This document shows positions 1 to 8,776 of a DNA stretch of 64,000 nt, in pieces. The notes under the pieces are model-generated. The model did not search any database, had not been told where the DNA came from, and saw only the letters and a list, made by a program, of their open reading frames with translations. How positions within the stretch are numbered: position 1 is the first letter of the stretch; every line of letters starts with the position of its first letter. Source of the DNA: Neoechinorhynchus agilis (lineage: Eukaryota > Animalia > Acanthocephala); the NCBI GenBank assembly GCA_051530055.1, contig CM121341.1, forward strand, positions 4,070,784 through 4,134,783. The letters are read 5' to 3'. Position numbers and translations under genes: made by a program.

Positions 1-308
1 GCGACAAAGTAATTTGTTTTGACAAAACGGTAGGAAAGCACCGCTTATGAATATAAATGAGCATTCAGTTCTCCCACCGACAAAAAACGCCTAAAATGTG
101 GAACAAACATGCAAATTAAGGGATAGAAATAAAAAAATTGAGAAAACGAATTAAAATAAACGAAAACCAACATTAAAAAACTATCTCTTACGATGCAAAA
201 TTGGAGTCCTTTAATGCAATGGCGGCACAGAAGCGAAAGAAGAATCACTAAAGAAGGTTTGGTTCCATTGATCATCAGGATCAAGAAAAGTCTTAAAGAT
301 TCTTCCAT
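1..308 (-). CDS. Hypothetical gene, partial, running off the window start; probable canonical intron 91-191
   Basis: ATG at 308, divergent from GOSR2. Minus-strand GTAAGAG donor (191) and TTTTAG acceptor (91) join in phase 0 into a frame that stays open to the window edge. No recognisable domain. Confidence 0.3.
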
Positions 309-369
309 AGCCGAGAAACGTCATCACTTCTGAACAATTTCGGATCTCAGCAACAAATCGGCGACAGTT

Positions 370-1251
370 ATGGATGTTGAGTTTCAAGCAGTCGTTTCCG
401 AGGTACGAAGCCATCTATCGCGATATTCCGGCCTTTTAGGCGAATTGGAAATTAGTGATAATCCGGATTTCGACTCTTTTTGGAAATCAATCACTTTTTT
501 GTATAGCGAGAAGCATCCCTTCCGTTTCGTGATGAAATCGGTAAACGTTAGACAATTTTGTAATTGGATAGTTTTAATTGACCAAAATATTTGCTGGATT
601 TTAAAGTCGGAAAAACATAAGAAATTCTCTAGTCGATCTTTAACGGAATAGTCCCTTTCAGTTTGAAAAAGTGATCACATTTCAATACTAGAAGCTGAAC
701 AGTTCATTGACAACGAAATTAAACAGCTCGAATTATTTTTAAGTTCTCAGCAACGCCGAATAATTCAATTAGAAAACGAAATTAAATCGCTTCGCTCGGC
801 ATTCGTACGGTTACAAGCGACGAAAATGCGCTTAATGGCATACCACGAGAACCGGAAAAAGCTTTTATTGACCGATTTGGACTGTGGAACTGATGTAACT
901 CGGATCAATATGTTTTCAACTGAGCAATCATTGGAGAAGAAATGGCAATTTTCGAGTGCGTTGGACAATTTGATTGACCAAGGCACTGAGATAGTCCGAA
1001 ATTTAAAACCAACTTAACGTGTCTTTTACAAGGGAAAAGATCGAAGACTCGTTAAATTTGGATTACAACAGCAACGATTCGGGATTAGTCGTTCAATATC
1101 CCGTCTTTCGCTCTCTGAATGGACACTAACACGTTCAAAAGATTTAATAGAAGAGATCGGACACCGTGCTCGCTCTGACTGGATTATTCTGTTTATTGGA
1201 TCTGCTTTAATCATCCTTCTTATTGTGATGATCTATCGATTCCTTCTCTAA
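370..1251 (+). CDS. GOSR2: Golgi Qb-SNARE membrin/GOSR2-like (~204 aa after removing two inserts)
   Basis: Segments 370-478, 686-1005 and 1066-1251 are all in one frame. Reads MDVEFQ...GELEISD / LEAEQFIDNEIKQLELFLSS...LDNLIDQGTEIVRNL / QQQRFGISRS...IGHRARSD followed by a C-terminal hydrophobic anchor (WIILFIGSALIILLIVMIYRFLL). This matches the Habc-SNARE-TM layout of membrin. Confidence 0.75.
479..687. other. Inverted-repeat-bounded insert in GOSR2 (207 nt; left boundary TT instead of TA)
   Basis: tggaaatcaatcacttttt (481-499) pairs with aaaaagtgatcacatttcaa (666-685). Contains in-frame stops at 649 and 664. Removal restores the frame. Confidence 0.55.
1004..1065. other. TA-bounded inverted-repeat insert in GOSR2 (60 nt)
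   Basis: TA-aaaccaacttaacg...cgttaaatttggat-TA. An in-frame TAA at 1015 lies upstream of the internal GT dinucleotides. Removal gives RNL-QQQRF. Confidence 0.75.
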
Positions 1252-4200
1252 TTGATTAAATTCACTTTTCTTACTTCCACACGGAGTAATAATGCATATG
1301 AACACAAAGATCAATTGAACTACGAATCGGTACTGCATGAAGAAGCTATAACCTCGGTGGAAATCAAGGAGGGAAAATGGTATCAAGCAGTAATTGGCCG
1401 CTGTGATCGCAGAAAACCACGTCAAAACGTCGTAAAATCTCTTGCGTGATGGTGATTTCAAAAACAATGGACGGAACGATCGTCTATCAAACACAATCCG
1501 TCTTATATCTTCAGAGTAAGAAAAGTTAACTAGTTTTTTAAAATATTACATCTTATGAGGTAAAATTTCTTCAAAAAGGGCCTAGAAGCCTCCTTCGTCT
1601 AAAAAAGATGAAAGGATCTTTTATACGGACATTAATAAGACAATCTCTAAATTTTAGCGTTATCTTTAGATCTCTATACCTTTTTGAACTTTTAAGAATA
1701 GAGATTAAAAATCCTAGGTGAAATTTCTTCAAAAAAGCCCTAGAAGCCTTCTTTGTTTAAAAAAGTTGAAAAGACAATCTCTAAATTTTAGCGTTATCCT
1801 TAGATCTCTATACTTATTTGAACTTTTAAGAATAGAGATCAAAAATCCTAGGTGAAATTTCTTCAAAAAAGCCCTAGAAGCCTTCTTTGTTTAAAAAAGT
1901 TGAAAAGGCAATCTCTAAATTTTAGCGTTATCTTTAGATCTCTATACTTTTTTGAACTTTTAAGAATAGAGATCAAAAATCCTAGGTGAAATTTCTTCAA
2001 AAAAGCCCTAGAAGCCTTCTTTGTTTAAAAAAGTTGAAAAGGCAATCTCTAAATTTTAGCGTTATCTTTAGATCTCTATACTTTTTTGAACTTTTAAGAA
2101 TAGAGATCAAAAATCCTAGGTAAAATTTCTTCAAAAAAGCCCTAGAAGCCTTCTTTGTTTAAAAAAGTTGAAAAGGCAATCTCTAAATTTTAGCGTTATC
2201 TTTAGATCTCTATACTTTTTTGAACTTTTAAGAATAGAGATCAAAAATCCTAGGTGAAATTTCTTCAAAAAAGCCCTAGAAGCCTTCTTTGTTTAAAAAA
2301 GTTGAAAAGGCAATCTCTAAATTTTAGCGTTATCTTTAGATCTCTATACTTTTTTGAACTTTTAAGAATAGAGATCAAAAATCCTAGGTGAAATTTCTTC
2401 AAAAAGCCCTAGAAGCCTTCTTGTTTAAAAAGTTGAAAAGACAATCTCTAAATTTTAGCGTTATCTTTAGATCTCTATACTTTTTTGAACTTTTAAGAAT
2501 AGAGATCAAAAATCCTAGGTAAAATTTCTTCAAAAAAGCCCTAGAAGCCTTCTTTGTTTAAAAAAGTTGAAAAGGCAATCTCTAAATTTTAGCGTTATCT
2601 TTAGATCTCTATACTTTTTTGAACTTTTAAGAATAGAGATCAAAAATCCTAGGTGAAATTTCTTCAAAAAAGCCCTAGAAGCCTTCTTTGTTTAAAAAAG
2701 TTGAAAAGGCAATCTCTAAATTTTAGCGTTATCTTTAGATCTCTATACTTTTTTGAACTTTTAAGAATAGAGATCAAAAATCCTAGGTAAAATTTCTTCA
2801 AAAAAGCCCTAGAAGCCTTCTTTGTTTAAAAAAGTTGAAAAGGCAATCTCTAAATTTTAGCGTTATCTTTAGATCTCTATACTTTTTTGAACTTTTAAGA
2901 ATAGAGATCAAAAATCCTAGGTGAAATTTCTTCAAAAAAGCCCTAGAAGCCTTCTTTGTTTAAAAAAGTTGAAAAGGCAATCTCTAAATTTTAGCGTTAT
3001 CTTTAGATCTCTATACTTTTTTGAACTTTTAAGAATAGAGATCAAAAATCCTAGGTAAAATTTCTTCAAAAAAGCCCTAGAAGCCTTCTTTGTTTAAAAA
3101 AGTTGAAAAGACAATCTAAATTTTAGCTTATCGAAGCCTTCTTTGTTTAAAAAAGTTGAAAAGGCATCTCTAAATTTTAGCGTTATCTTTAGATCTCTAT
3201 ACTTTTTTGAACTTTTAAGAATAGAGATCAAAAATCCTAGGTAAAATTTCTTCAAAAAAGCCCTAGAAGCCTTCTTTGTTTAAAAAAGTTGAAAAGGCAA
3301 TCTCTAAATTTTAGCGTTATCTTTAGATCTCTATACTTTTTTGAACTTTTAAGAATAGAGATCAAAAATCCTAGGTGAAATTTCTTCAAAAAAGCCTAGA
3401 AGCCTTCTTTGTTTAAAAAAGTTGAAAAGGCAATCTCTAAATTTTAGCGTTATCTTTAGATCTCTATACTTTTTTGAACTTTTAAGAATAGAGATCAAAA
3501 ATCCTAGGTGAAATTTCTTCAAAAAAGCCCTAGAAGCCTTCTTTGTTTAAAAAAGTTGAAAAGGGAAAAGACAATCTCTAAATTTTAGCGTTATCTTTAG
3601 ATCTCTATACTTTTTTGAACTTTTAAGAATAGAGATCAAAAATCCTAGGTGAAATTTCTTCAAAAAAGCCCTAGAAGCCTTCTTTGTTTAAAAAAGTTGA
3701 AAAGGCAATCTCTAAATTTTAGCGTTATCTTTAGATCTCTATACTTTTTTGAACTTTTAAGAATAGAGATCAAAAATCCTAGGTAAAATTTCTTCAAAAA
3801 AGCCTAGAAGCCTTCTTTGTTTAAAAAAGTGAAAAGCAATCTCTAATTTTAGCGTTATCTTAGATCTCTATACTTTTTGAACTTTAGAATAGATCAAAAT
3901 CCTAGGTAAATTTCTTCAAAAAAGCCTGAAGCTTCTTGAAAAGTTGAAAAGGCAATCTCTAAATTTTAGCGTTATCTTTAGATCTCTATACTTATTTGAA
4001 CTTTTAAGAATAGAGATCAAAAATCCTAGGTGAAATTTCTTCAAAAAAGCCTAGAAGCCTTCTTTGTTTAAAAAAGTTGAAAAGACAATCTCTAAATTTT
4101 AGCGTTATCTTTAGATCTCTATACTTATTTGAACTTTTAAGAATAGAGATCAAAAATCCTAGGTGAAATTTCTTCAAAAAAGCCCTAGAAGCCTTCTTTG

Positions 4201-7200
4201 TTTAAAAAAGTTGAAAAGGCAATCTCTAAATTTTAGCGTTATCTTTAGATCTCTGTACTTTTTTGAACTTTTAAGAATAGAGATCAAAAATCCTAGGTGA
4301 AATTTCTTCAAAAAAGCAAGCCTTCTTTGTTTTTCTTGACGAATTTCCCTTGAAGCGGCACAAAGACCAAAGTTCAATAAGGACGGATCCTGCTTTTCTA
4401 CAACCACGTCCGGCATAACTTCCAAGAGCTGCGGATATGAAGGCAAGATAATAGCCCGGGTAGAATCCGTGCCAAAAAGCACTTAAAATATGGGTCGCCA
4501 TTGTCCGACCTTGTCGCCCTTTGAGCCTATCGTAACATATTCGTCTTAGCCAAATAGTCGTTTGTATATTCCACGCATCCAAAATTTCTTTAAAACTCTT
4601 TCCAAACTCCACCCGAAGTGGATTAACATTGTTAATGACTGAATAAGTGTCAAACACTTGACCATGTTCGTCCATTTTGTAGACTACACCAAATCCTGAG
4701 GATAAATTGACCGCTTCCGATAATTTCCAGGCAAAATAATAACGTGAACGATAACCGAACATTGAAATTTGTATCACAACCATTTTCTTTGCCTATAAAG
4801 TCTTAGCGTCAAATGCAGAGTTTGCGATTTAAAATCGGTAAAAAATTAAATCGTTGTTAAAATCTGGTTAAAAAGTCTCCGAATTAATTATTTTCTATGT
4901 AAAGCCTCGGTGTTTAATGTTGAGTTTGCGATTTAAAATAGGTAAAAAATAAAACCACTGTTAAAATCTGGTTAAAAAGTCTCCAAATTAATTATTTTCC
5001 GCTCAAAGCCTCGGTGTTCAATGTTGAATTTGCGATTAAAAATCTCCAAATTAATTATTTTCCCCACAAAGTCTCGGTGTTTAACGTCGAGTTTGCGATT
5101 TAAAACCTTTCTAAAAAAATCTTCAAATTAATTATTTTCCGCACAAGGCCACGGTGTTTAATGTTGAGTTTGCGATTAAAAATCTCCAAATTAATTACTT
5201 TCCGCACAAATCCTCAGTGTTTAATGTTGAGTTTGCGATTTAAAAACTTTCTTAAAAAATCTCCAAATTAATTATTTTCCCCACAAATCCTCGGTGTTTA
5301 ACGTCGAGTTTGCGATTTAAAACCTTCCTAAAAAAATCTTCAAATTAATTACTTTCCGCACAAATCCTCAGTGTTTAATGTTGAGTTTGCGATTAAAATA
5401 AAATAAAACCTGTTAAAACTTTAAAAATCTCCAAATTAATTATTTTCCGCACAAAGCCTCGGTGTTTAATGTTGAGTTTGCGATTAAAAATCTCCAAATT
5501 AATTATTTTCCCCACAAAGTCTCGGTGTTTAACGTCGAGTTTGCGATTTAAAACCTTTCTAAAAAAATCTTCAAATTAATTATTTTCCGCACAAAGCCAC
5601 GGTGTTTAATGTTGAGTTTGCGATTAAAAATCTCCAAATTAATTACTTTCCGCACAAATCCTCAGTGTTTAATGTTGAGTTTGCGATTTAAAATCTTTCT
5701 TAAAAATCTCCAAATTAATTATTTTCCCCACAAATCCTCGGTGTTTAACGTCGAGTTTGCGATTTAAAACCTTCTAAAAAAATCTTCAAATTAATTATTT
5801 TCCGCACAAAGCCACGGTGTTTAATGTTGAGTTTGCGATTTAAAAACTTTCTAAAAAAATCTCCAAATTAATTATTTTCCGCACAAATCCTCAGTGTTTA
5901 ATGTCGAGTTTGCGATTTAAAATAGGTAAAAAATAAAACCACTGTTAAAATCTGGTTAAAAAGTCTCCAAATTAATTATTTTCCGCTCAAAGCCTCGGTG
6001 TTCAATGTTGAATTTGCGATTAAAAATCTCCAAATTAATTATTTTCCCCACAAATCCTCAGTGTTTAACGTCGAGTTTGCGATTTAAAATCTTTCTGAAA
6101 AAAATCTCCAAATTAATTATTTTCCGCACAAATCCTTCGGTGTTTAATGTTGAGTTTGCGATTTAAAATCTGGTTTAAAAATTTTCCGCACAAATCCATC
6201 GGTATTTAGCGTCAAGTTTGCGACTTAAAACCTTTCTAAAAAAAGTCCCAAATTTTCAAAAATTAATATCGTCCCAAATGGAATTAAAATTGATGATCGA
6301 TTAGATAAGCACAGAAATGGGTTGCATTTAAGCTCAAAATAAGTAAAGGAAGTTTCCGAATGACATTAGAAAGAGTTCTATCGTCCAGAAGGTTTTGTTC
6401 GATTGGAAATCGGCTGGTAATGATAAGGAAGGAGGCGACATAAACCACGCATTCGATAAGTTTAACGATTGTCACTTTAAAGTTATTATTTGCTTGGACA
6501 AGAGTGATAAAGTCGAGATAGTCTCGATAGAAGAAAAGAGGGCCGGATAATACACCATGGAAAGCGAATACGTATCCAAGAAGGCGTTTAAAGTTAGGTT
6601 TCTGGACTGCTTGTAGTTTTTGATCGGTTGTGAGTTTATCTTGTGGAGTTTGATTATCTTTGATGGCGAACGCGAGATGACTTAGCTTAGCAAGCGTCTA
6701 TTTTTCGTTAAGTCCTACGAGAAAAAAAATAGACGAGCCAAGATAATTTTTGAGTGGATATCATAATGGGACCGGAAATGCTGTAAACGTACCCGGATGA
6801 CAATTGCATTAGTCTAATATGGACATAGCTGAGATGGATCAATAAGGCAAATAAGACGAAAGATGGATGATTTGGGGCACTTCTTGTAACGAGTTCAAAG
6901 ATGAGTATTTGAATGAACAAATGAACAATGTGATCACCGAAACATAGATAAGTTAATCCAATTCCAATCAGAGCGGATATTAGGGCATTCAGGTCAGCGT
7001 TTTTGGGTTTTAACCATCGGAAATAAAATCGACTTAGAACAAGAGCCAAAAACTGACTTATAACGTAGGATTTTTGATCCCGGGACAACGAAAACTCCAT
7101 TTGTGGTTGGGGCAAAGGTGGAACTGAAGTGGAAACGACAATGAAATGTTCTTTCGTTCCGTAGTCTTGATTGAAATGACTAGCGTGAAAGTCAGGTTCA

Positions 7201-7205
7201 ATCAT
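1207..7205 (-). CDS. MBOAT-family lysophospholipid acyltransferase (MBOAT1/2, oysgedart-like), ~484 aa after removing three inserts
   Basis: Segments 7205-6744, 6682-6353, 4783-4399 and 1484-1207. Motifs GPIMISTQKL-SHLAFAIKD, GPLFFYRDY, RSRYYFAWKLSEAVN, AWNIQTTIWLR, SAFWHGFYPGYY (catalytic His) and RRSFRPLF...YDVLTW. Confidence 0.85.
1485..4400. other. TA-bounded inverted-repeat insert in MBOAT (2914 nt) containing a satellite
   Basis: TA-tcaaacacaatccgtcttat...ataaggacggatcctgcttttc-TA, with a TAGA direct repeat on the minus strand. Removal gives GRGC-RRSFRP. Confidence 0.7.
1560..4320. repeat. Tandem satellite, 134-bp unit, ~20 copies
   Basis: cctagg recurs at 1981, 2115, 2249 and onward. 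Copies are near-identical; a few around 3100 and 3840-3940 carry indels. Confidence 0.97.
4784..6355. other. Insert in MBOAT (1569 nt) bounded by a TTT direct repeat, with weak inverted repeats and an internal satellite
   Basis: cttagcgtcaaatgca (4802-4817) versus tgcatttaagctc (6323-6335). Removal gives NVIRK-MVVIQISMFGYRSRYYFAW. No GTA/GTG-AG consensus donor in the region. Confidence 0.5.
4810..6240. repeat. Tandem satellite of ~60-77-bp monomers with higher-order alternation
   Basis: Recurrent aaattaattattttccgcacaaagcctcggtgtttaatgttgagtttgcgatt, with alternating short and long variants. Confidence 0.95.
6683..6745. other. TA-bounded inverted-repeat insert in MBOAT (61 nt)
   Basis: TA-gcttagcaagcgtctattttt...aaaaatagacgagccaaga-TA. 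Removal fixes a frameshift and gives TQKL-SHLAFAIKD. Confidence 0.8.
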
Positions 7206-7312
7206 TTGTGGGATTGTCTCTTTTGAATAGACGTACTGAAGAGTTTTTTGAGAGAGACAGAAAGGTGGTTCTTAATTGAATTCCTATTATTGGACGATCA
7301 TGTCCATCTTTT

Positions 7313-8704
7313 TAACCGAAAAATTGAGATTTTTCGAAACAGGAAGTCTCGTTCTGGTCGTATAAAAAGGTTTTGTTCGCGGGGATTTTTCCTATTCCAG
7401 AGGTGGTTCCGAGACTTGTACCATCCCCGAAGGATTTTCCCTTGATGATTCTGATAAACCGCTGAAATTCGATTAATTCGACTTTGTTTTAAAATGAAGT
7501 TTCACATTTGATTGGATTGAGATTGTTTGAAACAGGAAGTCTCGTTCTGGTCGTATAAAAAGGTTTTGTTCGCGGGGATTTTTCCTATTCCAGAGGTGGT
7601 TCCGAGACTTGTACCATCCCCGAAGGATTTTCCCTTGATGATTCTGATAAACCGCTGAAATTCGATTAATTCGACTTTGTTTTAAAATGAAGTTTCACAT
7701 TTGATTGGATTGAGGTATTTCAAAATAGGAAGCCTAGTTCTGGTCCTATGAAAAGGTTTTGCTCGCGGGGATTTTTCCTATTCCAGAGGTGGTTCCGAGA
7801 CTTGTACCATCCCCGAAGGATTTTCCCTTGATGATTCTGATAAACCGCTGAAATTCGATTAATTCGACTTTGTTTTAAAATGAAGTTTCACATTTGATTG
7901 GATTGAGATTGTTTGAAACAGGAAGTCTCGTTCTGGTCGTATAAAAAGGTTTTGTTCGCGGGGATTTTTCCTATTCCAGAGGTGGTTCCAAGACTTGTAC
8001 CATCCCCCGAAGGATTTTCCCTTGATGATTCTGATAAACCGCTGAAATTCGATTAATTCGACTTTGTTTTAAAATGAAGTTTCACATTTGATTGGATTGA
8101 GATTGTTTGAAACAGGAAGCCTAGTTCTGGTCGTATGAAAAAGTTTTGTTCAGGGGGATTTTTCCTATTCCAGAGGTGGTTCCGAAACTTGTACCATCCC
8201 CGAAGGATTTTCCCTTGATAATTCTTATAAACCGCTGAAATTCGATTAATTCGACTTTGTTTTAAAATGAAGTTTCACATTTGATTGGATTGAGATTGTT
8301 TGAAACAGGAAGTCTCGTTCTGGTCGTATAAAAAGGTTTTGTTCGCGGGGATTTTTCCTATTCCAGAGGTGGTTCCGAGACTTGTACCATCCCCCGAAGG
8401 ATTTTCCCTTGATGATTCTGATAAACCGCTGAAATTCGATTAATTCGACTTTGTTTTAAAATGAAGTTTCACATTTGATTGGATTGAGATTGTTTGAAAG
8501 AGGAAGTCTCGTTCTGGTCGCGTAAAAAGGTTTTGTTCGCGGGGATTTTTCCTATTCCAGAGGTGGTTCCTAGACTTGTACCATCCCCGAAGGATTTTCC
8601 GTTGATGATTCTGATAAACCGCTGAGCAGAATCTCACTGTTACAAAAGGCTGAGCAAAATCAAAACTTACTATTTTTTCGTTAATTTATTGTTTTTTTTG
8701 GTTA
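7313..8704. other. Candidate intergenic TA-bounded insert (1390 nt) enclosing a satellite
   Basis: TA-accgaaaaa...ttttttggt-TA (8/9 inverted match) brackets the whole 193-bp array between the divergent MBOAT and HIRA genes. Confidence 0.45.
7325..8625. repeat. Tandem satellite, ~193-bp unit, ~6.7 copies
   Basis: aggaag motif at about 7340, 7533, 7726 and 7919 with high identity between units. Confidence 0.96.
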
Positions 8705-8776
8705 TAATTACGATCAATGTTCATGTACGGACTTTATATTGTTTCCTTCGCTTGTTTTCAGATAACTGTAATATTA

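Noticed and set aside
117-190. TA-agggatag...ctatctct-TA inverted repeat (72 nt) in the upstream gene
   Set aside because: It fits the TA-plus-IR pattern but lies inside a perfectly good GTAAG...TTTTAG intron (191-91, minus strand). It is not needed to explain the gene and is kept only as a weak candidate.
1015-1017. Stop-codon reassignment as an explanation for in-frame TAA
   Set aside because: MDH1, SmG and EPRS end in TAA, and most breaks are frameshifts, which recoding cannot fix.
3100-3940. Degenerate satellite units with scattered single-base deletions
   Set aside because: The pattern resembles uncorrected long-read indels. It is noted as a caveat for single-base inferences elsewhere.
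7248-8637. ORFs in satellite arrays (7248-7445, 8440-8637, also 13457-13726)
   Set aside because: Chance frames in tandem repeats with no domain signal.
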